Shown: positions 46,474 to 55,433 of the stretch, one piece after another
Numbering within the stretch: the stretch's first letter is position 1
How the letters are laid out: each line of letters starts with the position of its first letter
Origin: Minisyncoccota bacterium
Lineage (GTDB): Bacteria; Patescibacteriota; Minisyncoccia; Phycocordibacterales; UBA9973
Reading direction: 5' to 3'
DNA: 64,000 bases
NCBI GenBank assembly: GCA_041662525.1
Contig: JBAZSF010000001.1
Span: 41,383 to 105,382 of the forward strand
Notes under the pieces: generated by a model
What the model saw: only the letters and a program-made list of their open reading frames with translations
Database searches by the model: none
Told to the model about the DNA's origin: nothing
Made by a program: the position numbers and the translations under genes

Positions 46474-47310
46474 ATGAACAGAATCAATTTGAAACTTATA
46501 TTTGCCTTAATTTTATTGGTTTTTGTATCTCTACCAATATTCACCTCCTCTCTCTTAAATTTTGAAAAAGAAAGAATAAAAGAATTAAATTATCAAAAAC
46601 TTTTACAAGAAGAATTGGTTCGAAAGGAAGCTCAAGAAAAAATAGAAGAAAAAAATTATTTAATGGGTAATTTTGATCCTAGCACTAGAAAAGATTTTGT
46701 TTTAATACCCATAGAATACACGACCAATAAAAGTAAGATGTATTTAAGAAAAGAAACCTTGGAAGCCTTTTTAAAAATGCGAGATGCCGCTCTAAAAGAT
46801 AAGATAGATTTAAAAATAGCTTCCGCGACTAGGAATTTTGATTATCAAAAAGATTTTTGGAATAAAATATGGACTGGGGCCATATTTTTAAATAAAGAAA
46901 ATTTATCAAAAAGCATACCCAACAATCAAGAAAGATTTAAAAAAATATTAGAGTATGTCGCTGTTCCGGGTACATCTCGTCATCACTTCGGCACAGATAT
47001 AGACCTAAATGGTGGAAATATTTATTATTTTAATTCTGAAGTAGGTAAAAAAGAATATGCATGGCTTGTAAAAAATGCCCCGCTTTTTGGCTTTTGTCAA
47101 CCATATAATTTAAAAGAAAATAATAGGATAACAGGTTTTAATGAAGAAAAATGGCATTGGTCTTATCTACCTCTTGCAAAAAAATTTATGGAAGAATATA
47201 AAGATCTAGTGAAAAATGAAGATATAGAAGGATTTTTAGGAGATGAAAATGTATCTGGAGAGGATCTAATAAATAATTATGTGCTCAGTATAAATCCTAT
47301 CTGTCTTTAA
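46474..47310 (+). CDS. D-alanyl-D-alanine carboxypeptidase-like (peptidase M15B/VanY family), secreted
   Basis: VPGTSRHHFGTDIDL...WHWSY (LAS metallopeptidase H-x-D / EWWH-like motifs). Start moved to Met 46474 (signal peptide MNRINLKLIFALILLVFVS) to avoid overlap with the mraY start. Confidence 0.7.
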   Translation: MNRINLKLIFALILLVFVSLPIFTSSLLNFEKERIKELNYQKLLQEELVRKEAQEKIEEKNYLMGNFDPSTRKDFVLIPIEYTTNKSKMYLRKETLEAFLKMRDAALKDKIDLKIASATRNFDYQKDFWNKIWTGAIFLNKENLSKSIPNNQERFKKILEYVAVPGTSRHHFGTDIDLNGGNIYYFNSEVGKKEYAWLVKNAPLFGFCQPYNLKENNRITGFNEEKWHWSYLPLAKKFMEEYKDLVKNEDIEGFLGDENVSGEDLINNYVLSINPICL

Positions 47311-47924
47311 CTTTTAAAATATTTTTTATAAAGACCATACTCTGACAATACCTCTCGCAAAGTTAAAGTTACTACAATAGAAATAATTATAGCTAAATTT
47401 ATGTTTACAAACATAAGAAAATAGAACGTAACAGCGCCTGCAAAAACTGCCATAATATAACCAGATTTTTTATGAAAAGCGAAAGGCGCATCCCCCATCA
47501 CCGCATCCCGAAGAACCCCACCACCAAAACCAGTAATCATCCCCATAAAAATACAAGCGAGAGTAGTCATAATTCCATAACCGTTATTATGAAATAAATA
47601 ATTATAAGTTATGGAAGTTCCAATAATCGCAAAAGCGGCCAAACCGACTGAATCCAGAAAACGAAAAAAAGTAAACCATCTTTTAAAAACATGCGGTACC
47701 AAATAAGTCGCAATTCCACCGGCTATCGCAAGCAAAAGATAATTTGGATCTTTGAGATAAAAAAGTGGTGTACGCCCGATGACTAAATCACGAAAGGTTC
47801 CCCCGCCCACCGCCGTAATCACACCCAAAAGCACTACCCCAAAAACATTTAGCTCCCGTCCTCGCGCTTTAAATGCTCCCGCCACCGCAAAAGCTAATGT
47901 TCCAATGAGATCAAGAATATACAT
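47307..47924 (-). CDS. UPF0126 / TRIC-like membrane protein (YadS/YicG family)
   Basis: Two internal repeats each with GGGxxRD (AVGGGTFRDL, GFGGGVLRDA). Confidence 0.7.
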   Translation of the reverse strand: MYILDLIGTLAFAVAGAFKARGRELNVFGVVLLGVITAVGGGTFRDLVIGRTPLFYLKDPNYLLLAIAGGIATYLVPHVFKRWFTFFRFLDSVGLAAFAIIGTSITYNYLFHNNGYGIMTTLACIFMGMITGFGGGVLRDAVMGDAPFAFHKKSGYIMAVFAGAVTFYFLMFVNINLAIIISIVVTLTLREVLSEYGLYKKYFKS

Positions 47925-47950
47925 AAATTTATTTTAACACATTGTATAAA

Positions 47951-49681
47951 TTAATAAACTTCTTGTTGGTAACACTTCTCGCAATAAACAATCTCTGGCC
48001 TTTCTGGGGCATAACTGGTCTCAAATTCTACTTCACATTTTTTGGTGCCGTGCGTATGATTTTCTTTATTGCACATACACTCTCTGCGCCAGAGTTTGCT
48101 GGGTCCTCTATTTTTAAAACGTTTAAGATGACGGCACTCAGGACAGTTACGTGGTATTGGTATTTGCATTCTTTTATAAAAAGCTAACTCATCTACAATA
48201 ACTCGATAATTTTTATTGCATTCCATGCATGCAAAAACCTCCTTATTTACATCAAAATCAGAAGATAATTCTAAAATGGAATCTGGGAAAGTTTTCCAAT
48301 CAATAGTTTCCTTGCCATATGTCCCACGCGGAGTATCTTCCCATTTGAAACCCTGCGCTAATGCTTCTTCTTTTGTTAGTGGAAATTCGTCCATAACCGA
48401 AGACTCATTATAGCCAAACGGAGATAATTCTTTTGGAAAAAAATCTCCGTAAATCCCCTCTTGTTTCATTTTTTCTACAATTTCTGCTTGGAGTTTTTCA
48501 TATTCTTCTTTAGAATACTGTTTATTTAAAATACAATAAGAACCTTTTATTAAACCAACACATCCAAAACAATTATTAGAATTCGGGCAATTTAAACAAT
48601 ATTCCATAAATTGTGAGCCCCAGCAATATTGAGAGCAAGTAACATTTGATGCTTCAAGCCCGGTATTTAGAGTATTATAAATCAATTCTGCCGTGCGCCC
48701 TGCAGTATTGCAATCCATACAATCTTTTGCCCCGCGCCAAACATGCATGGAATAAGCATTGTCTTCTGCGTCATAAGAATGAAAACACTGACGATTATTT
48801 TTGACGTTCGTCATATAATTTCCCGTAGAATTTACGGCATTAAAAATTTCAGCAAATTTTCTAGGTTTGTCTTTTATAAAATTTTGAAATTCTTTTTTAA
48901 AATTTTTCATACCCGAATGTGTGTCTAATTTAAAAGATTTTAATTTATTTTCATATTCTTCTTTGGTGTATGGTTCATCAAAAATACAATACTTTTGTCC
49001 CCGTAAATTTATACAACCCAAACAATTTGAGCAATTTCGGCAATCAAGAAGAAAGGAACTGTCAAGACAGCTATGGCATCCTTTGGAAAATCGTAAATTA
49101 TTACAGTCATAACAATCATCAACTTCGTACGATAGTTCTACTTTATTCGTAAAAGAACAATCGACTAGATCTTTTGAAAGCTGAATCCAATAACAATTGA
49201 TGCAATTCTCATTATTTGAGCTTTCTATGATCACATAACAGTTTTTATTATCAGCCGTATAATTTAAGTAATAACAATTTACATTTCTTAAGCCAGTCAA
49301 AGCTGGTTTTGGAACTTTTTTCCAAAGTTCACTAAACTGCTTAAAGAAAGATTCATTAGAATTATAATTTTGAGCATATTTATTAGCATTTAGGTCATCA
49401 CCATACCAACAATTAGAACACCAACTAGGGTAAGTTTTATTTGGACTAAAAATTGAAATTGTATCTTTTTTACAATTATCACAAATACGCTTGTAAAAAC
49501 ATCTTTCATTTTTAAAACAAAGTCGAAGTTGCATTCGACATTCTGGACAATTTTTAGGTGGCAATACTCCAATCTTTTCATAAAATCCAAAATCATCCGG
49601 CTCAATCGTGAAGTTTTTTTGACAACTTTGGCAAGTAGTAGGCACTGAGTCTTGCGAATGTGTTTTAGTTTGTACTTCCAT
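47951..49681 (-). CDS. cysteine-rich multi-zinc-ribbon-like protein of unknown function (576 aa); paralog of 16964..18748
   Basis: Same architecture as 16964..18748 and an identical C-terminal EIVYCEKCYQQEVY; 17-nt overlap with scpB. Confidence 0.75.
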   Translation of the reverse strand: MEVQTKTHSQDSVPTTCQSCQKNFTIEPDDFGFYEKIGVLPPKNCPECRMQLRLCFKNERCFYKRICDNCKKDTISIFSPNKTYPSWCSNCWYGDDLNANKYAQNYNSNESFFKQFSELWKKVPKPALTGLRNVNCYYLNYTADNKNCYVIIESSNNENCINCYWIQLSKDLVDCSFTNKVELSYEVDDCYDCNNLRFSKGCHSCLDSSFLLDCRNCSNCLGCINLRGQKYCIFDEPYTKEEYENKLKSFKLDTHSGMKNFKKEFQNFIKDKPRKFAEIFNAVNSTGNYMTNVKNNRQCFHSYDAEDNAYSMHVWRGAKDCMDCNTAGRTAELIYNTLNTGLEASNVTCSQYCWGSQFMEYCLNCPNSNNCFGCVGLIKGSYCILNKQYSKEEYEKLQAEIVEKMKQEGIYGDFFPKELSPFGYNESSVMDEFPLTKEEALAQGFKWEDTPRGTYGKETIDWKTFPDSILELSSDFDVNKEVFACMECNKNYRVIVDELAFYKRMQIPIPRNCPECRHLKRFKNRGPSKLWRRECMCNKENHTHGTKKCEVEFETSYAPERPEIVYCEKCYQQEVY

Positions 49682-50258
49682 TTTCTTCTTTTAATTCCCC
49701 CACCTCCGCAGATAAATCTTCTAAATTTTTAGCTGCAATATTAATAGAGTTATTAACTTCATCATAGCCTGGCAATTCTTCCACTGATCTTACTCCCATA
49801 AAAGATAGCAACTCAAAACTTGGTTTATAAATAAATTTCCGACTATCTTTCATATCTGTTGTTTTCTCTACAAGCCCTCGAATAGACAAAGCGCGTAAAG
49901 TGAAACTGGAATTTACCCCTCTTATATAATCAATCTCCGCTCTACTTACGCCATTTTTATAAAGAATAATAGAAAGTGTTTCCAAGCTCGCTTTAGAAAG
50001 CTCTTTATTCAACTCTTCTTTTTGCAAGTTTTCTATAAGTTCACTACATTCTGGAGCCGTGCCAAGCATAACATCATCTTCTTTCTCTATCACAACCACA
50101 CCTCTTTCTTTAAAACTTTCTTTCAATTTTTCTATTGCCTCGTTTATTTCTATCTGTCCCACTTTAAAAACTTCAGAAAGTTTCTTTCGTGACATTGGTT
50201 CTCCTTTCCAAAATAATATTGCTTCTATTTTCGATTCTAAATTTTTGTCTAAATTCAT
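49665..50258 (-). CDS. scpB: segregation and condensation protein B
   Basis: IEAILFWKGEPMSRKKL N-terminal winged-helix; 4-nt overlap with scpA. Confidence 0.85.
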   Translation of the reverse strand: MNLDKNLESKIEAILFWKGEPMSRKKLSEVFKVGQIEINEAIEKLKESFKERGVVVIEKEDDVMLGTAPECSELIENLQKEELNKELSKASLETLSIILYKNGVSRAEIDYIRGVNSSFTLRALSIRGLVEKTTDMKDSRKFIYKPSFELLSFMGVRSVEELPGYDEVNNSINIAAKNLEDLSAEVGELKEENGSTN

Positions 50259-50983
50259 AAAATTTGTTTTTCCATAATAATATCCCCTCCATCAGTTTCT
50301 TGGATTGCATCAAGTATCCCTTTCCTCACAAGTTCTAGCATAGCAAGAAAACCAACAATGACAATTACTTTTTCTTCACGGGTGACTTGTTTTCCACCAC
50401 CTGTAAAATCTTTAAAATTCATCTTAATAGAATTTTGTATCCTCTCTGTTAATTTATCTATCATTTCTTCGAGACTAATAACTTTTCGTACTTCTACTTT
50501 TGGTAAAAATACCTTTTGAGGCATGGCACCTACAACATCTCGAGCAAAAACCATCATAGAATCCTTAGTGATTTGTTCGTCCGGTAAAAATACTAAAACA
50601 TTATTTTTCTTCTCTAGTGGCGCGAAAATTATTTTCTGACCAAAATTATCTTTTATATTTCCGCCAAGTTTTGTAAAAAGCTCATAAAGACGAAGTCTCT
50701 CTTCTAGATTTTTTATATCTCCCTCTTCTTCATTTGTCAGATCTAAATTTGGCAATAATGATTTTGATTTGATTAAAAGTAAAGTAGATGCCACAACAAC
50801 AAAACTTGAAATATCTGAATAATGCAATCCACCTAATTTATTCATATAATTCAAATAATCTTCAGTCACTGCAGAAAGAGACACATCACTTATATGGAGT
50901 TTTCTTTTTTCGATTAATGTTAAAAGTAAACCAAATGGCCCCTCAAAACCAGTCATTTTTATTGTATAATTTTCTGTTCCCAC
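50255..50983 (-). CDS. scpA: segregation and condensation protein A
   Basis: FEGPFGLLLTLIEKRKLHISDVSLSAVTEDYL N-terminus. Confidence 0.85.
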   Translation of the reverse strand: MGTENYTIKMTGFEGPFGLLLTLIEKRKLHISDVSLSAVTEDYLNYMNKLGGLHYSDISSFVVVASTLLLIKSKSLLPNLDLTNEEEGDIKNLEERLRLYELFTKLGGNIKDNFGQKIIFAPLEKKNNVLVFLPDEQITKDSMMVFARDVVGAMPQKVFLPKVEVRKVISLEEMIDKLTERIQNSIKMNFKDFTGGGKQVTREEKVIVIVGFLAMLELVRKGILDAIQETDGGDIIMEKQIL

Positions 50984-51020
50984 CTTTATATAATATAACT
51001 ATTTTTAAATTTTAGCTAAT

Positions 51021-51884
51021 TTAAGCAATTTTAATCGTTAAAAGCATTAAGCCAATAATAATAAAAATAAATGAAATAATTTTGATTAACAAATGCTTCT
51101 CGTGAAAATATTTATTTCCTGAAATAATTGCTAATAAAACAGAAAAAGCTCTTTTTCCACTGGTAATTATAGAAGCAGGAGCATAAGCATATGCAATACC
51201 TAAAATAGCTCCCCCGGCTGCATTTGAAATCGATTGAATAAAAAAATTTTTCTTCAGAAGATAAATCAGTGGATTTTCTTTAAATTTCCACATAGACATA
51301 ATAAATAAAAAAATAATTAGAAAAATATGAGTGATGATCTGTTGGGCTTCGACAGAGTTATAATGTGTAATACAGTATTTATAAATAGAGATAGTTGCCA
51401 CAGCATTAATTGTAGAAAAAATAACATATCCAATTCCTTTTTTATTGATACCATGATTAAAAAGTAAAATAATGAGACCTAAAATTATTACTGAAATTCC
51501 AAATAAATTAAAAAAGTTTATCTCATATCCTAGAATAGTGTCTACTACGAGCAAAAGTGGTATTGTGCCGATCATTAAAAATCCAAAAGTACTACGATCA
51601 GCCTCAACTATCGCATGTAATGTACTATAAGTTTGCATAATTTCTAAAATTATTAATAAGGAAAGAATTGGTATTGACGCAGGATTAAATATAAAACTAT
51701 TTTTTATAATAGCGAGAATAATAAATATAAATAAAACCCAAAAAGAATTTAAAAAACCAAAAGTATAAATATTTTCTTTTTTGTTTAAAACTTCCCACTT
51801 TCCAAAAGATGAAGATATTTCATTCAAAAAAGTCCCTACAGCAGTTAAAATTATGCCGATCATATTAGGAAATATATTCCTCAA
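51021..51884 (-). CDS. 10-TM membrane protein (DMT-superfamily-like), unknown substrate
   Basis: 287 aa with about 10 hydrophobic helices in two halves. Confidence 0.45.
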   Translation of the reverse strand: MRNIFPNMIGIILTAVGTFLNEISSSFGKWEVLNKKENIYTFGFLNSFWVLFIFIILAIIKNSFIFNPASIPILSLLIILEIMQTYSTLHAIVEADRSTFGFLMIGTIPLLLVVDTILGYEINFFNLFGISVIILGLIILLFNHGINKKGIGYVIFSTINAVATISIYKYCITHYNSVEAQQIITHIFLIIFLFIMSMWKFKENPLIYLLKKNFFIQSISNAAGGAILGIAYAYAPASIITSGKRAFSVLLAIISGNKYFHEKHLLIKIISFIFIIIGLMLLTIKIA

Positions 51885-53292
51885 TAAATTTATATAAAAG
51901 TCTTACTGGGGTACCGAGGGCGCCCGTAGCTAGATTTTCCCCTGCCATAGGTGTCATCCTTGGAGCGATGTCTAAGTGCGCCCATTTTGGTATTTTCCCC
52001 TCTTCTTTTTTATTTTTAATAAATTGATATAAGAAAATTGCTCCGTAAATCGCTCCGCCGTAACGAGAATCTTTATTATGAACATTTGTGAAGTCTCCCA
52101 AAGATCCCTTTATCTCATTTTCATATTCTTCCCACATAGGTAAACGCCAAACATAATCTCCAGTTTTTTCTCCTGTTTCTTCAAGTTTTTTTGCCAATCC
52201 ATCATCATTTGTAAAAATAGCTGAAGCTCTCTCTCCGAGCGCTACTGCAGCGGCCCCAGTCAAAGTCGCAATATCTATTATCACTTCTCCATTATATTTC
52301 TCAGCATAAGTCAATGCATCTGCGAGAATCACCCTTCCTTCTGCATCAGTATTCAAAACTTCAATTGTAATGCCTGACATTGAACGAATCACATCCCCTG
52401 GTCTATAACTTTTTCCTGACGTCATATTTTCTACAGCAGGAATAAGACCAATCACATTCTTTTTTAATTTCATTTTTGCAACTAAAGCAATCGTGTGAAT
52501 CACCGCACTTCCACCGGACATATCCATATTCATACCAAGAAGTGAAGATGAAGGTTTCAAATTTATTCCCCCCGCATCAAAAGTCACTCCTTTACCGACA
52601 AGCACAATCGGCTTTTCACCTTTCTTGCCACCCCAATATTCCATAATAATAAATTTTGATTCTTCGTCTGACCCTCGTCCGACGGAAAGAATGGCTTGCA
52701 TTTTTAGATGCTCCATTTCTTTTTCCCCTAGCACAGTAACTTTGACGGGAAAATTTTTTACTGCTTCCTTCGCTTCTTTGGCTAAAATTTGTGGAGTCAT
52801 ATCACCGCCAGGCATATTGGAAAGAGAACGTGTTTTATTTACCACTTCAGCTATTACACTGCCTTTTAGAATAGCTTTTTCTGTTTCCTTACTAGCACCA
52901 GAAATAATAACTTCTTTTATAAGATTAAATCCTTCTTTTGGTGCCGTCTTGTAATAATTAAATTCATAATTGGCAAAATCAAGCTGAGAACCAATTATTT
53001 CTCCTAATTCTACATTAGAAAGTTTTATATTTTTAAATACAAGATCATTAAAATTAAAAGCTATTTTTTCTGTTTTGACGTTTTTTGCCATTACAATTAT
53101 CTTGCGTACAAGCAAAAAAAGCTTCCGTAAATTCATTTTTTCCTCCTTGTCGCATTTTAAATAAAGAGTTTTTACTCCGTTTTCCTTCACTATTTCATCT
53201 TTATTTTTAGAATGAATAGAAACAAAAAGAACCTCCCCTTTTATGTCTTTTACGTTATCTTTAAAAGTAATTTTCATTGATATATTATACAC
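51865..53292 (-). CDS. pepA: leucyl aminopeptidase (M17)
   Basis: NTDAEGRVILADALTYA signature. Confidence 0.9.
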   Translation of the reverse strand: MYNISMKITFKDNVKDIKGEVLFVSIHSKNKDEIVKENGVKTLYLKCDKEEKMNLRKLFLLVRKIIVMAKNVKTEKIAFNFNDLVFKNIKLSNVELGEIIGSQLDFANYEFNYYKTAPKEGFNLIKEVIISGASKETEKAILKGSVIAEVVNKTRSLSNMPGGDMTPQILAKEAKEAVKNFPVKVTVLGEKEMEHLKMQAILSVGRGSDEESKFIIMEYWGGKKGEKPIVLVGKGVTFDAGGINLKPSSSLLGMNMDMSGGSAVIHTIALVAKMKLKKNVIGLIPAVENMTSGKSYRPGDVIRSMSGITIEVLNTDAEGRVILADALTYAEKYNGEVIIDIATLTGAAAVALGERASAIFTNDDGLAKKLEETGEKTGDYVWRLPMWEEYENEIKGSLGDFTNVHNKDSRYGGAIYGAIFLYQFIKNKKEEGKIPKWAHLDIAPRMTPMAGENLATGALGTPVRLLYKFIEEYIS

Positions 53293-53375
53293 TTTTTACA
53301 GAAAAATTCAAAAAACTACTTTACGCCGAGCTTGCTCTAGCATGAAGTTATCCACATCCATATTCTCTACTTTAC

Positions 53376-53404
53376 TTGACTAAAGTACTTTACTTTGATA
53401 AAGT
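53376..53404 (+). promoter_or_regulatory. promoter TTGACT-17-TAAAGT with a 10-bp palindrome AAAGTACTTT in the spacer and flanking ACTTTAC/GTAAAGT inverted repeats (candidate autoregulatory operator)
   Basis: ctactttacttgactaaagtactttactttgataaagtag; -10 ends 6 nt before the ATG of the TrpR-like gene (leaderless). Confidence 0.45.
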
Positions 53405-53410
53405 AGCTGT

Positions 53411-53806
53411 ATGAGTAAAGGAATGAATAAAAATACATCAATCAATACAGTTAAACTAATCCAAGAAATTGGACCAAAAATGAATTGGGGTGACAAAAAA
53501 AATAGGCAATTTGTTGAAGCTATTTTAACTTTAAAAAACACAAATGAAACTGAGCGTTTTCTGCGTGACTTGATGACTGAAAGTGAAATAAAAGAATTTG
53601 CTAATCGCCTAGAAGCTGCTCGCCTGCTCTCAATAGATATTCAATATAATGCAATTATTGAGAGCACTGGTCTTTCTTCTGCGACTATCGCTCGAATAGC
53701 AAAATGGTTAAAAGGTTCACTAGGTGGATATCGTTTAATTTTATCTCGTTTATCAAATCACCATCACAACTCTTCCAAACTTAGGAAAGGGTTGCTTTTA
53801 AGCTGA
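53411..53806 (+). CDS. TrpR-like protein, YerC/YecD family
   Basis: FLRDLMTESEIKEFANRLEAARLL...STGLSSATIARIAKWLKGSLGGY matches the YerC/YecD (Trp-repressor-like) fold family. Confidence 0.75.
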   Translation: MSKGMNKNTSINTVKLIQEIGPKMNWGDKKNRQFVEAILTLKNTNETERFLRDLMTESEIKEFANRLEAARLLSIDIQYNAIIESTGLSSATIARIAKWLKGSLGGYRLILSRLSNHHHNSSKLRKGLLLS

Positions 53807-53836
53807 TAATATTTTTGTAAATTATTTTTTGAAACT

Positions 53837-53878
53837 AACCCCTTCCTAAGTTTGTTTAGGAAGGGGTTTTGCGTTTTC
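53837..53878 (+). terminator. rho-independent terminator
   Basis: aaccccttcctaa-gtttgt-ttaggaaggggtt then ttgcgtttt. Confidence 0.8.
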
Positions 53879-53939
53879 CTTTGAAACGCCATGGTTGCCC
53901 TCCATTAGGGGTAAATTTGTTCTTTGAAAGGAGAAAATT

Positions 53940-54113
53940 ATGGATGGTCGTATTTGGTGTCCTAATTGTCGTAAGTTGAATTTCGTTAAAATTTTAAAAC
54001 GAATGACAACAGAAGAAGGTGAAGAAATTTTTATTTTTAAAACAAAAACAATTAAAACAAAATACAAATGCACTACGTGTAAACACAAATGGACTGACAT
54101 AGAAAAATTTTAG
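53940..54113 (+). CDS. small zinc-ribbon protein (57 aa), not on the ORF track
   Basis: SD GGAG 8 nt upstream; MDGRIWCPNCRKL...KYKCTTCKHKWTD has two CxxC pairs; own terminator downstream. Confidence 0.45.
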   Translation: MDGRIWCPNCRKLNFVKILKRMTTEEGEEIFIFKTKTIKTKYKCTTCKHKWTDIEKF

Positions 54114-54137
54114 CATCGCGTCTCATAAGCGCAACAA

Positions 54138-54177
54138 AAGGGCTGCTCGTAAACGAGCAGCCCTTTACTATTTTTAT
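54138..54177. terminator. terminator hairpin (bidirectional position)
   Basis: aaagggctgctcg-taaa-cgagcagcccttt followed by actattttta. Confidence 0.75.
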
Positions 54178-55097
54178 TAAATTACGTTTTCCTGACTTTC
54201 TCGGAGTCTCGCAATTTTATAAATACTAAAGACGAGGATAATGGCAGCGAGCCATTGGGTAAAGGAAAGTACAGTATGGTTTACAATAAAATCCAATAGG
54301 ATAGCTACGAAAGGAAAAGTTAATTCTAAAATAGTAGAAATATGAACTGGGGTTTTTGCTAATCCTTTATAATAAATAAGCAAGGCAACCATACCCGTAG
54401 AAACAGCTATAAGTGCTAAAAGACTGAATTGAGAGAGGGTTGGTACCGCCAAAACGCCACCACTTCGGCCAAACAAAATCAGCAAAGGCAGAGCAATAAT
54501 TAATGTAAATAAAAATCTATAAAAAGTACTGACTTTAAAGTCTACTTTTCCTAAAAGCATTTTGGAAAATGTGGTAGAAGAGCCCCAAGCGAATGCTGCG
54601 CCTAGCGCATATAGTGCAGCAATTATTGTCCCCTCTCCAGTTTGTAAATTTACAACACCATTAGAAAAGGTAACGAAGTATGCAGAAATTATTGCGAGCA
54701 ATGCCCACTTTATATATCTTTTATCAAATTTTTCTTTCAAGAAAATCGTAGCGGTAGTGATAGCAAATATTGGCTGAAGTTTTTGCAAAAGAAATACTAC
54801 GGAGATGGTGATGAAATGGACCTTCCCCAGAGCTGTCGTAAACCAAAGCGTGCCTAAGAGTCCACTCAAAAATGCTATTAAAACAATGAGCCACCATTCT
54901 CGTGAGGTGAGCTTGGTTTGTAAAATATATTTAAAAACAAATGGAGATAGAATAATCAAACCAATCAAATGCTCGAAGAAAATAATAGTAATCGGTGGCA
55001 GAGAATACAAATGCTGGCGGATAAGCCCGTCAAAAGCCCACAAGGTCGCAGCAATAAGAATAAAAACAGGACCGCTATATTTAAAATCTTTTAACAT
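54177..55097 (-). CDS. EamA/DMT-family transporter
   Basis: 10 TM helices in two EamA-like halves; 306 aa. Confidence 0.7.
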   Translation of the reverse strand: MLKDFKYSGPVFILIAATLWAFDGLIRQHLYSLPPITIIFFEHLIGLIILSPFVFKYILQTKLTSREWWLIVLIAFLSGLLGTLWFTTALGKVHFITISVVFLLQKLQPIFAITTATIFLKEKFDKRYIKWALLAIISAYFVTFSNGVVNLQTGEGTIIAALYALGAAFAWGSSTTFSKMLLGKVDFKVSTFYRFLFTLIIALPLLILFGRSGGVLAVPTLSQFSLLALIAVSTGMVALLIYYKGLAKTPVHISTILELTFPFVAILLDFIVNHTVLSFTQWLAAIILVFSIYKIARLRESQENVI

Positions 55098-55420
55098 AAA
55101 TTTATATCTTTTTTTATTTGATTAATTAATTCTTCTTCCGTATCAAAATGTTTATATTCTCTCAAAAATTTTTTAATTATGAGTTTTACCTCTTTCCCAT
55201 AAGCATCTCCATCATAACCTATTAAATGTGCGTCAATTTTATTATTAGGTCCTATTGCAATGCCAGCTCGGTATAAAACATTATCTAAAAACGCTTCACC
55301 AGCATATACCCCAACTGGTGGAAATTCTTTTAATTGTGTTTCTAGGTTCACTGTTGGGAAACCAAGCTTCTTTCCATACCCATCACCTTTGATTACTTTT
55401 CCGGAAATTATATATTGCAT
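55091..55420 (-). CDS. riboflavin kinase (monofunctional, RibF C-terminal-domain-like)
   Basis: GKVIKGDGYGKKLGFPTVNL matches the riboflavin kinase G-x-V-x-x-G-x-x-x-G-R-x-LGFPTAN motif. Confidence 0.75.
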   Translation of the reverse strand: MQYIISGKVIKGDGYGKKLGFPTVNLETQLKEFPPVGVYAGEAFLDNVLYRAGIAIGPNNKIDAHLIGYDGDAYGKEVKLIIKKFLREYKHFDTEEELINQIKKDINLC

Positions 55421-55433
55421 TAAATTTTATTTT

